Below are positions 47,461-60,223 of a stretch of DNA of 62,000 nt, in pieces. Each line of letters starts with the position of its first letter. Position 1 is the first letter of the stretch. The position numbers and the translations under genes were made by a program. The notes under the pieces are model-generated. The model did no database searches. It was not told the origin of the DNA and was given only the letters and a program-made list of their open reading frames with translations. The stretch is taken from the NCBI RefSeq assembly GCF_004010195.1, contig NC_057753.1, forward strand, positions 13,565,628-13,627,627, in the 5' to 3' direction. The stretch comes from Chiloscyllium plagiosum. Taxonomy: Eukaryota.

Positions 47461-48904
47461 AAGGTTTTCTCCCTCCACCCTTTGAACCCTCGAGTCCTAA
47501 GAACAAATGCAGAAGCAAAATGCTGGAAATCTGACAGAAAAAAGATGCAAATACCCAACAGGTCTGGCAGCTTCTGAAAGCATGATTGCAGTCAATGCCA
47601 TCATAAACTGATTTTTAAAAAAATTTGTATTTAGGATATCTAAATATTCTGTTCACACCTCATCCAGATACACCTCGATGCCTCTACATCTCCATTACTA
47701 CTCTTTCATTTTGCCAAATGAAAACTTTTTGTCAGTTAATTCAGCACTGACAGGGCAGTCAGTTAAATCTGGGTGCTGTGGCACGTTAGAAATGAGCATA
47801 CTGGACAAAATGAGGAGCCAGTTGAAGAAACGTAGATTCATTCGGGAAAGCAAAAACAGGATCGTTCACAGAAAATCATGGTGAACTATATCTCGAAGTT
47901 TCAAGGAGAGTTGATGATATTTCAGTTGATCGGATGAACATGGACAGGCAAAGGTATTCGATAAAAGCTCCTGACTGACCCAGTGAGCAAAACCTAGATG
48001 TAAAGGAATAAAAGGGACGACAATAACATTGATATGAAACTGGCTGAGTGACAGAAAATAGAGGCATCATTCATAGTTGTCTTTGAACTGGAGGTAGTTT
48101 TTTTAGTGGAGTTAGTTTGAGGCTTGATGTCTGCAACACACACTCCTTAGAATATCAGGACCAAGAAACAGGAAACTTGGCAGCAGGAAGAACAGGCTCA
48201 ACTCCAGTTCGACCAACTGAAATTGGGTTAGAGTGCACGTTTTAACATCTCAGCAGATTTCAAGTTTGCGTGTGTGCACAAACATTTAAGAACTTTAAGG
48301 TTACTCAGGGTTCAGAGTAAAATAAGTCAGGTACAGTGTCAGGGACTGTAGCTCAGCAAAGAATAATAAAAAACGCGAGGTACAGAGACAGGGACCTGTA
48401 GCTTGGCGTGAGGTACAGAATCAGGCACCTGTAGCTCAGCAAGGATCCAGAGATTGGCAAGGGAAATGCAGGAGATATCAAAATGACAAGCAGCCCCACA
48501 GATGGTCCCCATGGCCTGGAGGAATGAGTGGTAGGGCAGAGGAAGGGCCCCAGAACAAGGGACGGGTCAGCTTTGTAAGTGGCCAGATCGGTCACGGTGC
48601 TCGCTGGGAGCTGACACTCCGGAGGAAGTTATAGCACTGCTCTGCCCTGAGAAGGGCCAGAGAGACCAGTGCCTGTTAACATGGTTAACCCAGGATCTGG
48701 AAACCCAGGCTGCAGATCCACCTTCCTGCATCATGAGTGGTCAATTTTGGCACCAGGAATGGGTCCTTTTAAACCGAAATAGAACGTGGAGAGTGATATT
48801 GGCGGCAATATTCGTGGCATTGACAGGGAAATTCCAAATAATTGTATGGACAGGACTTCTTATGTAAATAGGGGGCCAACGGTATATAGGATGTTCACAT
48901 GCAG

Positions 48905-49041
48905 TAATACAATTCCTGATGAAGGGCTTATGCCTGAAATGTTGATTCTCCTGCTTCTTGGATGCTGCCTAACCTGCTGTGCTTTTCCAGCATGACACAC
49001 TTGACTCTGATTTCCAGCATCTGCTGTCCTCACTTTCTCCC
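48905..49041 (+). mobile_element. Short PLE pLTR insertion with CpG-decayed hammerhead and TSD
   Basis: CTGATGA-A-GGGC-TTAT-GCCT-GAAAT-GTT at 48916-48943; TGTT(C/T)ACATGCAG at 48892-48904 and 49042-49054. Confidence 0.85.
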
Positions 49042-49385
49042 TGTTTACATGCAGGACCCAAATTGGAGGTCTTGATGGGGTGGGGAGCCCAGATAAACTA
49101 CCTGCAAATATGGGGCCGCAAGGTGTGGAATTAGCAACTGTCCCTTTTATTTCTTTACATCTAGGTTTTGCTCACTGGGTCATTCTGGAGCTTTTATCAA
49201 ATACCTTTGCCTTTGTGGAAGAACAACCAGAGATTTCCAGGAAGAGATGGTATATTCAAAGTAGCTTACGGTGGCAAAAACATTCTAGAGAAAGTTAAAG
49301 CACACTGAAAAACACGGAAATAAAAGTGCAGATATAATAACCAGGGAAGGACTGCTCACAGAGGGACAGGACAGAGACATTTCGA

Positions 49386-49729
49386 TCATAGAATCCCCAG
49401 TGTGGGAACAGGCTATTCAGTCCAACATATTCACACTGACCCTTCGAAGAGCATCCCACCCAGACCCAACCCTCGACCCCGTTCCTGTATTCCCCATGGA
49501 TACTGCACCGAAGCGACAGATCCCTGAATATGATGAGCAATTTAGCCAATCTGCCTAACTTCCACATCTTTAGATGGTGGGAGGAAAGCCTAGGTTACAC
49601 AATGGAAACCCATGTGGACATGCGGAGAATGTGCAAACTCCACACAGACAGTCGCCTGAGGTTTGAATCGAACCTGGGTCCCTGGCACTGTGAGATAGCA
49701 GTGATAACCACTGAACCAGCGTGCCACCC
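49386..49729 (-). mobile_element. HE1-like SINE, older subfamily
   Basis: Reverse-complement SINE. Confidence 0.85.
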
Positions 49730-50234
49730 CCAAAGGTTGAGCCTGTTGACCCCAAGGAAGACTTCGGGGCCAGGATTGTGGCACCGCGTAGATTGGGGAA
49801 GGCAGTATAAACTCAGAAGGTTCTGTGGGACAAACACGTGCACCTTGTGGACTATAAACTAGGGGGCACAGTGATGCTGACAGTGTTCTGAACTACATCT
49901 CTCCTTTCCCCACAGTGTGCTGGGCTCGATTTGATTCTTGAGAAATTGAGTCCTTCACTTTGCAAATTACAGCTGGGAATAGTCAAAAAAAGCTGGCATC
50001 GTATAAATCAGCTCAAATTTCTCAAGGGGCAGGTAGCCCATATATTGTCACTCAGCCCAGGTACAAACTGATGTCCCTTGAGCAGGAGACTCAGGCTGAA
50101 GGCAACCTGAGAATCGAACCAGTGAACAGACCTCCTTCTCTGACTATCAGGACATCCTACACACTCGATCAGAGTTCTTCCCCCCTACCTGAACAGAGGA
50201 AGAAAGAGAGAGAGAGACACCCCCCTCTTAATAT

Positions 50235-50532
50235 TTAGATTAGATTAGATTACTTACAGTGTGGAAACAGGCCCTTCGGCCCAACAAGTCCACACCGACC
50301 CTCTGAAGAGCAACCCACCCAGACCCATTCCCCTACATTTTACCCTTTCACCCATTAGCATGGCCAATTCACCTAACCTGCACAATTTTGGACTGTGGGA
50401 GGAAACCGGAGCACCCGGAGGAAACCCATTCAGACACGGGGAGCATGTGCAAACTCTACACAGATGGTTGCCTGAGGCAGGAATTGAACCCGGGTCTTTG
50501 GCGCTGTGAGACAGCAGTGCGAACTACTGTGC
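50235..50532 (-). mobile_element. HE1-like SINE
   Basis: (TTAGA)n plus reverse-complement SINE body. Confidence 0.95.
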
Positions 50533-51564
50533 TCAAGAGATTGAGAAATAAAAGGGAGGAGCACTGCTGTCAAACTAACCCACTCCATTCTCATCTTGCT
50601 ACTGATCCAGATGGGAGCATGAGAGCTGTGACGTGACAGCACTGATGTGTATTTTAAAATGAGATGAGTGGTGGTGTTCAGATTCTAAAATTTAATGGGG
50701 TTTTAAACTTTAAACTTTTCTGCTCATTAATATGACAAAGGGTCTCGGAAACTAAACCGTGATACTCACAGAAACTACACTTGATTGTTTTTTAAGATGG
50801 CCTGCCTCACGGAAACGTACAAGCAACCAGACTGACTGCAGTTCGTATGTTCTTCTCCACCTCTATAGTTATCGGTGGATGTGTAGCTGTTGCATTGCGT
50901 GTTCACATGGGAAGCCGAGGGACCTGGGGGAATCTGAGATTTGATCCATCCAATGCTGCAGGATGCGAGGGCAGGATTCTGTGGGTTCACCAGCAAAAAT
51001 GGTCACGTTCAGTTGTGATAACCAACTTACTGTATACAGGAAATCCAATGGAAGATTCCCCTTTTGTTGTATGTGTAGAGGTCTTACAGAGGATTGGTGA
51101 GGCTGTACTAAAAGCAGGTGCGCCAAAATAGGCTGCTCAGCCCACAGCCAAGAGAAGGGTTTAGAAACACTGCATTGGTGTCCAGGGAAGCCAAAACTGG
51201 TTGTGTCTTTAGAAAATGTGAAGTTAAAAAAGAACTGACCAAAAACAGCAGTGAGGACACCCACCATGAATTTTTTATTGATTTGTCTGTAAAATACTTC
51301 CGTCTTCAATTTCATGCTCCTTCATAATTTCATTTCACAATAGACACGCCACAATCAAGAATGTGCAAAATAGCGAGAATTTTCAGAGAGGATTAACCAG
51401 CACTTTTTCATTGGAGACGTTCATCAGTACAGCCTTTCAGAGTTATAGATTTGCTGCCAAAGGTCCATTTAGAATTTATGAAAAGTTCACAATTTTACTG
51501 TGAACAGGTTTCTGAGATTTTTTGAATCAATCCTCTTGGGAAATAAGGCAGGCCAGCACAGCAA

Positions 51565-53705
51565 TTGACTGAGGTATCAGTGGGGGAGTACTTCGGGGCC
51601 AGCAACCATTATTCTATTAGTTTGGAAATATTGATGGAAAAGGAGAGACCAGATCTAAGAGTTAAAGTTCTAAATTGGACAAAGGCCAACTTTGACTGTA
51701 TTAGGCCAGAAATTCCAAAAGGTGATTGGGGGTGGATAGTCGCAGGTAAAAGAACGGCTGGAAAAGGGAAAGCATTCAGAAATGAGATAATGAGAGTCCA
51801 GAGACAATGATTCTGTTATTGTGAAAGGCGAGTCTGGTAGGTGAAAGGAATGTTGGATGGCTACAGAAATTGACGTTTTGGTCAGGTTTACACAGCAGAT
51901 ATTGAGTGAATCCTTAGAAGTGTATGAAGACAGTAGGAATATACTTAACAGGGAAATCAGGAAGACAAAAAATGGGACATGAGATAGCTTTGGCAAATAG
52001 GGTTAAGGAGAACTCAAAGGGACTTTATAAATATGTTAAGGACAAAACGGTAATTGAGGAGAGAATAGAGCCAATTAAAGATCAGCAAGGCAGCCTATTT
52101 GTGGAACTGCAGGAAATAAAGGAGATGCTTAACAAGTATTTTCCATCAGTGTTTACTGTGGAGAAGGACACGGAAGATATAGAATGTGGAGAAATAGATG
52201 GTGACATTGTGAAAAATGTCCATATTAATAGAGGAGGAGGTGCTGGATGCCTTAAAACACATAAAGGAGGATATATCCCTAGGACCTGATCCTAGAACTC
52301 TGTGGAAGCCATGGAAATGATTGCTGGGCTCCTCACTGAGATATCTGTATCATCAATAGTCACAAAATGAGGATGCTGGAAGACTGGAGGTTGACTAGTG
52401 TAGTGCCACTAATTAAGGAACAATGGACCAGTGAGCATGACATCAGTGGTGGGTAAGTTTTGGAAGGAATCCTGAGGGACAGGAATTTCATGTGTTTGGA
52501 AAGGCAAGGACTTATTAGGGATAGTAAACATGGCTTTGTGCATGGGAAATCATGTCTCACAAACTTGATTCTATGGGGGGACTCTTAAATACTGAAGAGG
52601 ATTCATGAGGGCAGAATGATGGATGTAATTGAAATGGACTTCAGTATGGCATCTGACAAGGTTCCCCATGGGAGAATGGTTAGCAAGGTTAGATCACATG
52701 GAATACAGGGAGAACGAGACATGTGGATACAGAGCTGGCTTGAAGGTAGAAGAGAGAGGGTGACGGTCGAGGGTTGTTTTTCAGACTGGAGGCCTGTGAC
52801 CAGTGGTGTGCCACAAGGATCAGTGCTGAGTCCACTGCTTTTTGTCATTTATATAAATGATTGAATGTGAACATAGGAGGTACAGTTAGTAAGTTTGCAG
52901 ATGACACCAAAATTGGAGGTGACAGAATACAAAGGAATCTTGATCAGATGGGCCAATGGGCTGACGAGTGGCAGATGGGAGTTTAATTTAGGTGAATATG
53001 AGGTGCTGCATTTTGGAAAGGCAAATAAGGCAGGATTTATACACTTAATGATGTGGTCCTGGGAATGTTGCTGAATGAGGAGACCTTGGATTGCAGATTC
53101 ATAGTTCCTGAAAGTAGAGTCGCAGGTGGATAGGATAGTGAAGAAGGCATTTGGTGTGCTTTCCTTTATTAGAGTATTGAGTATAAGATTTGGGAGGTCA
53201 CGTTGCAGCTGTACAGGACATTGGTTAGGCCACTTTTGGAGTACTGTTTGCAATTCTGGTCTCCATCCTATCGGAAGGATGTTGTGAAACTTGAAAGGGC
53301 TCAGAAAAGATGTACAAGGATGTTGCCAGGTTTGGAGGGTTTGAACTACAGGAAGATGCTGAATAGGCTGGGGGCGCTTTCCCTGGATTGTCGGAGGCTG
53401 AGGGATGACTTGAAAGAGATTTATAAAATCACAAGAGACATGGATAGGATAGACACGATATTTTCCCTGGGGTGGGGGAAGGCCAGGATTAGAGGGCATT
53501 GGTTTAGGTGAGAGGGGAACAATTTGTAAGGGATTTAAGGGGCAACTCTTTCATGCAGAGGGTAGTGCATATGTGGAATGAGCTGCTAGAGGAAGTGGTG
53601 GAGGCGGGTACAATTACAATATTTAAAAGGCATCTGAATGAGCATATGATTAGGGAGGATGTGGGCTAAGTGCTGGCAAATGAGACTAGATTAATTTAGG
53701 TTATC
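51565..53705 (+). mobile_element. Long degenerate CR1/HER1 ORF2 (end of endonuclease through RT and 3' end)
   Basis: EYFGASNH...[37 protein letters not shown]...[30 protein letters not shown]. Confidence 0.95.
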
Positions 53706-53759
53706 CAGAATGTTAAACTCCAGCCAGTTACAGGTCTGCTCATGTCAGCAGAAACAAAC

Positions 53760-54920
53760 TAAGTGCTTTCACAGGATGAATCCTGCCTGTTGTTAATGTG
53801 GACAATAGCAGCAGAATCAGAACCCTGCCTTCACTTATGAACGCACTGACATTTCCGCAGGTATCACAACTGAGGCATCCGTTCCTTCACATGGAACACG
53901 GGAACAGTTCCTTGCCAGTTTGAACGTGGGGATTCTGAACAAAGTGGCACTGCACCCAAAACATTGACTCTGTGCTCTTCCTCCCCAGATGCTGCCCTAC
54001 CAGCTGAGTCTCTCCAGTAATTCCTGTTTTTGATTTGGATAACTGTCTGAAATGCTTCCAAAAGGAAGAGCCGCCGAACTGTGTTTCTCCTTAGTGTGAA
54101 CTCAGTGGTATGACAGGAGAACAAACAACTGAGTGAACCCCTTCCCACAACCAAGTCGGGTGAATGGTCTTGTCTACTCTGTGAACCCCTTGGTGTCCAA
54201 TCAGGTCGAATGTTTGAGTGAATCCTTTCCCACACACGGTCTCCCCCTGTGCGAAGTCATTGGGGTGCAGCGTGGCTGGATGAATTGTTGAATTCCTTTC
54301 CCACTGTAAATGCAGTTGCAGGGCCTCTGCTCGGTGCGAACTGTCTGCTGTGACATCCGGGGGAGATGTCTGAGGAGATCTCTTCCCACATACAGAATAG
54401 ATAAATTGATTACCCCCAACGGGACCACATCAGTAACTTCCCAGCCAAGACGAAGATGTTAACCCTTTACCACAGTGCTCACATTTCCACATTTTGTTCA
54501 TGGTGCCCGTGTTTCTGTCTCTCTCCAGGTTGGACAATCAGATGAAGCCCTGATCCGACGTGTAACACAAACACTGTGTCTCCCCACTGTGAATGATGTA
54601 GTAATTTTTAAAAACTGATTACACAGTCACTGCTGCCCCAGTATCCTCTTAGATTGTGTGCCTGTTGCTGATTCTCACTGATTATTTGATTTGCTCTCCC
54701 GCAGACAAAATAAACACTCCTCCTTCAACTTTTCAAGATCAATGGTATTCAAGTCCTGATGGATCAAGTCGCTCTGTTGACGAGTGACATGAGGTTTGAT
54801 TTGAGATTCTGAACAGGGAACCCTCCCCTTCTGGTATCCTGTAAAGGAGTTTACTCAAGTCCACAGTGACAGTCGAGGGTAGGTATTCAGAAAGATAATT
54901 TCAGTTTTTAATAAAAGGAT
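53760..54920 (-). pseudogene. C2H2 zinc-finger pseudogene with a PLE pLTR insertion (about 53932-54032)
   Basis: Minus strand ACCATGAACAAAATGTGGAAATGTGAG start near 54502, decayed fingers, cluster-typical 5' exon segment at 54700-54900. Confidence 0.8.
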
Positions 54921-54949
54921 TTTCCTCGGTGTAAATCCTAGTCCCAAAC

Positions 54950-55190
54950 AGCTTCCCTTACAGGCAAGGAGTTACAGAAAGTTCATGAGACTTTGCAGCT
55001 GAGTCTCTGTGCGAGTGACTAACACAGCATTTTCAGTGCAGGACAAGTCTCTGAAAGCATACTGTATTTTTGGCCTTGTTTTCAGTTGGGACTGATTTTC
55101 AACTTGCTGTCCGACTGGTGTACAAATAAATTTCTTTCGTATCTGCAGGGGACAGCAAGGATAGGAAACTGGGAAAAAAAAAATCAAATC
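54950..55190 (-). mobile_element. Possible RTE-clade LINE RT fragment
   Basis: QLKTRPKIQYAFRDLSCTENAVLVTRTETQLQSLMN resembles the RTE RT motif (L..KTKV....RELLFADDAAL....E..LQ.LM). Confidence 0.5.
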
Positions 55191-55454
55191 AAGTGGACGA
55201 TTACGTGTCACTTTCTTCCACTTCGTTCTTAACCTGAAAAATGTTGGGTGTGGTGTGTCAGATTCCACAATACAGGACTAAATGACAAAATCATAGTGGA
55301 GAGCTTGGCTGTACAAAGCACTTGTAATCCCCTCTGCAAGCTATACTTTTGTGAATGTGTTGGCTTCATGTTAAAAATGTCCTGAAGCAAGTGAAGCAAA
55401 AATATGAGAATCCAAATTCCGCAGTCCCTCTTTTCGCATTATTTCATGGTGTAA

Positions 55455-55545
55455 GGGAATCACTGGCTGGGCCAGCATTTATTGTCTGTTCCTCTTTGAG
55501 AAGATGTTGGTGAACTCTCTTCTTGAGTTGCTGTAGTCCGTGGGG
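55455..55545 (-). mobile_element. CR1/L2-group LINE extreme 3' end forming the ZNF 3' UTR
   Basis: CACCAACATCTTCTCAAAGAGGAACAGACAATAAATGCTGGCCCAGCCAGTG begins about 10 nt after the stop. Confidence 0.7.
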
Positions 55546-55554
55546 CACTGGGGT

Positions 55555-56481
55555 TCACTTATGAATTCGCTCGTGTGACATTAGGTTGACGGACTGAGTG
55601 AATCCCTTCCCACACACAGAGCAGGTGAACGGTCTCTCCCCAGAGTGAACTCGCTGGTGCACAATGAGGGTGGATTTCCTCCTGAAATTCTTCCCGCAGG
55701 TAATGCAGCTGAAAGGCTTTTCTCCAGTGTGAACGCGCTGGTGTGTCGACAGATTGATCTTCTGAGCAAACCCCTTGCCACATTCGGAGCAGGTGAAAGG
55801 TTTTTCTCCAGTGTGAACCCGCTGGTGTATGAGCAAGCTGGCTGATCGAGTGAATCCCTGCCCACATTCAGAGCAGGTGAACGGTTTCTCTCCACTATGA
55901 ATTCTCTGGTGTGTCAACACATGGGCTCTCTGGGCAAATCCCTTGCCACACAAGGGGCACGTGAACGGCTTTTCTCCAGTGTGAACCCGCTGGTGGATGA
56001 GCAGTTTGGATGACTGCGTGAATCCTTTCCCGCACAGGGAGCAAGTGAATGGCCTCTCCCTGGTGTGAGTGAATTGGTGTACAATGAGAACAGAAGAGTG
56101 TCTGAACCTCTTACCACAGGAGGTGCAGCTGAATGGCTTCTGCTCAGTATGAATTCGCTGGTGTGATCGAAGGCCAGATGAACGAGTAAATCTCTTCCCA
56201 CACACAGAGCAGATGAACGGCTTCTCCCCAGTGTGAACTCGCTGGTGCTTATTCACTTCAGAAGAAGATCTGAACCTTTTTGAACAGCAGCTGCAGCTGA
56301 ATGGCCTCTCCTCGGTATGAATTCGCTGGTGTGCCACCAATTTGTTTGACTCAATAAATCCTTTGCCACACATGGAGCAGTTGAATGGCTTCTCCCCAGT
56401 GTGAATGCGTTGATGGATTTCCAGCCGGGAGGGGTACTTGAATGCCTTCCCGCAGTCCTCACATTTCCACAAATTCTCCAT
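55555..56481 (-). CDS. C2H2 zinc-finger protein, 11 tandem fingers, no effector domain seen
   Basis: Intact ORF from ACCATGG (MENLWKCEDCGK...); acceptor TTTTCCAG| at 56808; upstream CpG-island promoter. Confidence 0.9.
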   Translation of the reverse strand: MENLWKCEDCGKAFKYPSRLEIHQRIHTGEKPFNCSMCGKGFIESNKLVAHQRIHTEERPFSCSCCSKRFRSSSEVNKHQRVHTGEKPFICSVCGKRFTRSSGLRSHQRIHTEQKPFSCTSCGKRFRHSSVLIVHQFTHTRERPFTCSLCGKGFTQSSKLLIHQRVHTGEKPFTCPLCGKGFAQRAHVLTHQRIHSGEKPFTCSECGQGFTRSASLLIHQRVHTGEKPFTCSECGKGFAQKINLSTHQRVHTGEKPFSCITCGKNFRRKSTLIVHQRVHSGERPFTCSVCGKGFTQSVNLMSHERIHK

Positions 56482-56979
56482 GGTGTGGATGTATTTGTAC
56501 CTCTTCAGCTGAAGGATTAGTTAGAAGATTGTCCAAACATGTACAGTCTCTCCCTGCTCGAATGGTGATCTCTTAACTGTGTGAATGATTGGAGTTCCTT
56601 TCACTGTCTGTATGCTGGCAACACTCACTTATGACGCGCCTGCCTTGGTGCTTTTCCAGTCGCACTGATGTTTGTAGTCTTTTCTCCAAAAGACAGAACA
56701 AAAGTTTCTCCTTACATACTCAAAGGCTGGCGATATTCAGATCCTGGTGAACTGATGACTCTGTTGAACCTTGACAGGACATTTTCAAATCTGTGCAATT
56801 GCTTCCCCTGGAAAACGAGATGACAAAAGCCAGTGAAGATTAGAACATCAAAAAAGACAGTTCCAGTTTCTATGGAGTGGTTTTTCCTCTCTTTTTTTTG
56901 TCTAGTGGTTGTGGGTGAATACTCTCTGCCCATCTTCTAGCATTTCCTTCCTTACCAGAGGTCAGACCCTCATTGAAAC

Positions 56980-58020
56980 AAGGGCAAGACTTACACAATT
57001 AAAGATAGTGTTGTAGAACAGGGAGACACAGGGGTTCTGATTCACAACCCTTTGAAGTTTGCGTCACATATCGACAGGGTAGTTAAGAAGGCATTCAGTA
57101 CACTTGCCTTCACTGGTCACACCTCTGGACACAGGAGTTGGGACATCATATTGAGGCTGTACAGGATGTTTAGAGCTTAAACATGTGTTGCTGGAAAAGC
57201 GCAGCAGGTCAGGCAGCATCAAAGGAGAAGGAGAATCGAAGTTTCGGGCATAAGCCGTTGGATTATATGCAGTTTTGGTAATCCTACTGTCAGAAGAATA
57301 TTATGAAATTGGAGAGGGTTCAGAAAAGATTTACCAGGATGTTATGGAGTTTAGATTAGACTACTTAAGAGTGTGGAAACAGGCCCTTCGGCCCAACAAG
57401 TCCACACCGACCCGCCGAAGCGCAACCCACCAGACCCATTCCCTTAGATTTACCCATTGACCTAACACTGGCAATTTAGCATGGCCAATTCACCTAACCT
57501 GCACATTTTTGGACTGTGGGAGGAAACCGGAGCACCCGGAGGAAACCCACGCAGACACGGGGAGAATGTGCAAACTCCACACAGTCAGTCACCAGAGGCG
57601 AGAATTTAACCCGTGTCTCTGGCGCTGTGAGGCAGCAGTGCTAACCACTGTGCCACCATGCCACCCATGAGTGTGGAGGGTTTGATTTATAAAAGTAGGC
57701 TGAGACCTTTTTCACTGGAATTAGGCGTTTTAGGGGTGGCCTTATAGATGTTTAGAAAATCCTGAAGGGCATGGATAAGGTTAATAGCAAGGGTCTTTAC
57801 CAGAGGAGTTCAAAACCAGGGGGCACAATTCTGAGGTGAGAGGAGGAAGTTTTAAAAAGGGGAATGAGGGCAACAAGTTTGAAAGAGTCATTCATGTGTG
57901 GAATTAAATGCCAGAGGATCTGGTGGAAGCAGGTACAGTTACAACTTTTAAAAGGTATTCAGTTAAGTGCATGAATAGGGACCAAAGGCAGGCAGGCAGG
58001 TGGAACCAGTTTAATTTGGG
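56980..58020 (+). mobile_element. Decayed CR1 3' fragment with nested PLE piece (57172-57257) and SINE
   Basis: RT C-terminal remnants flank both insertions. Confidence 0.8.
57351..57666 (-). mobile_element. HE1-like SINE
   Basis: Full SINE on the minus strand. Confidence 0.95.
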
Positions 58021-58032
58021 AACACCGTCGGT

Positions 58033-58343
58033 GATTAGATTAGATTACAGTGTAGAAACAGGGCCTTCGGCCCAACAAGTCCACACCGACCCGCCGAAGC
58101 GAAACCCACCCATACCCCTACACTTACCCCTTACCTAACACTACGGGCAACTTAGCATGGCCAATTCACCTGACCCTGCACATCTTTGGACTGTGGGAGG
58201 AAACCGGAGCACCTGGAGGAAACCCACGCAGACACGGGGAGAATGTGCAAACTCCACACAGTCAGTCGCCTGAGGCGGGAATTGAACCCGGGTCTCTGGC
58301 GCTGTGAGGCAGCAGTGCTAACCACTGTGCCACCGTGCCGCCC
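58033..58343 (-). mobile_element. HE1-like SINE
   Basis: Full SINE on the minus strand. Confidence 0.95.
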
Positions 58344-58719
58344 ATCAAATGCTGGACAATCTGTCTGGGTTAATTTACAACATCTTGAGGTCACAGGCGA
58401 GTTGGACTGAAGGCCCTGTTTCCGTAACATTATCACTCAATCATTTTCCCCCCACCCCACCCCCCCAAAGTGGAATTATTGTTTATTCTTCTTCCACCCA
58501 CATCCCCACTTGTGAACCTTCCTCCTCAAACTGGGGCCTATTGCGTTTACTGCTTGCAAATCATCAGAAAAAAAAAATGTAAAAAGTCATCAGAGTACTG
58601 CAAAATTTGGATAGAAATTGTGAATAAACGTACATTCCTCTGTGCTCTTCCAGCACCACTAATCCAGAACATTTCTCTGGGTTTGAATTCACTATGGGCA
58701 GATCTGCTTTCCCCAGCCA

Positions 58720-59135
58720 CCTGTGACGTAATGCTACGCATGCGCCCTGATGCACTTTTCCCACAATAAAGATGGCCGCCCTCAATCGGGCACTGCCCCG
58801 CTTTAGGCCTGCCGCCATTTTCTGGTCGGCCTCAAACCATAGCCTCAGGCGTCCCGTTCCGAGCGGGAGGATTTCCCAGCGTTTAACAAAGCTGTTGAAT
58901 CCGTTCTCACTCTTGTCGCTCTCGACTTATTCTCACCTTTGAACGACTCGGCTCTCCCACAAGCCCAGACCTGAGTTAGAACGACGTTGCCGCTTGCGCA
59001 CGGGGACACCGACGTGGCGGACGGTCACGTGCCCAGCCGTCCGTTCACTCCGATTGGCTGGAGGACCTGCGGCTTCCACGCGGTCCTCCAGGCCCGCCCC
59101 CTGCTCCCATTGGTTGGGTGTTGCCTTCAATGACG
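58720..59135 (-). promoter_or_regulatory. CpG-island promoter with non-coding first exon of the 56-kb ZNF gene
   Basis: Minus strand CCAAT, GC box, TGGAGGACC-N14-GGTCCTCCA, CCAAT, donor AAAG|GTGAGA (GT at 58936), then YY1-like and NRF1-like sites. Confidence 0.8.
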
Positions 59136-59425
59136 TGGGCAAGCCTGCATTGTCCTGGGGTGGACACAGTTGAAGTCCACCCAACACCAGGCTTACAGTC
59201 CAACAGGTGTATTTGGAAGCATTAGCTTTCTGAGCGCTGCTCCTTCATCAAGTAGCCAGTGAAATAGGATCATAGGACACAGCAAGCCATCACAGTGTCA
59301 TGCAATTAAAACGATATATTTAACAAACCTGGATTGTTGTTAAGTTCTTAAATCTTATAAAATGGTTTGCAGGTTTTGGTTCATTAGTATGTAAATCCCA
59401 GAACTTCATTTAAGTCACATTCTCA

Positions 59426-59681
59426 GGTTCAATTCTCGCCTCAGGCGACTCTCTGTGTGGAGTTTGCACATTCTCCCCGTGTCTGCGTGGGTTTCCTCTG
59501 GGTGCTCCGGTTTCCTTCCACATTCCAAAAATGTGCAGGTTAGGTGAATTGGCCGTGCTAAATTGCCCGTAGTGGGTGAATGGGTAAATGTAGGGGAATG
59601 GGTCTGGGTGGGTTGCGCTTCGGTGGGTCGGTGTGGACTTGTTTGGCCGAAGGGCCTGTTTCCACACTAAGTAATCTAATC
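59426..59681 (+). mobile_element. 5'-truncated HE1-like SINE
   Basis: Starts at the B-box GGTTCAATTCTC, ends GTAATCTAATC. Confidence 0.95.
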
Positions 59682-59921
59682 ATAACAAAGTAACTCAAGT
59701 CAACCAAGCAGGTGCCATGAGGATGGGTGAAAGGACAGCGCAAAACAATCACCAGACAGGGGTGTGCCCTCCCAGTCGCGGAATATGTCAGCGGGTCAAG
59801 GACATTCGCCCTCGGATCTTCAGGTGGCCATCCTCCAGGGTGGACCTGCGGACAGGCAACAATGCAAAGTGGCCAAACAGGGTTTGATAACCAAGGTAAC
59901 CCATGACGATGGCCTCAACCA

Positions 59922-60223
59922 GGACGGCATGGTGGCTCAGTGGTTAGCACTGCTGTCTCACAGCATCAGGGTCCCAGGTTCGATTCCAGCCTCGGCAACT
60001 GCCTGTGTGGAGTTTGCACATTCTCCCATTGTCTGCATGGGTTTGCTCCGGTTTCCTCCCACAGTCCAAAGATGTGCAGGTCAGGTGAATTGGCCATTTT
60101 AAATTGCCCATAGTGTTAGGTACATTAGTCAGAGGGGAAATGGGTTTGGATGGGTTGCTCTTCAGAGGATCGGTGTGGACTGGTTGGGCTGAAGGGCCTG
60201 TTTCCACACTGTAGGGAATCTAA
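59922..60223 (+). mobile_element. HE1-like SINE, older subfamily
   Basis: SINE head, core and tail inside the PLE ORF. Confidence 0.9.

Noticed and set aside
50560..51330. Possible coding exon or processed pseudogene
   Set aside because: Short ORFs on both strands with no motif I can recognise; cannot be supported without a search
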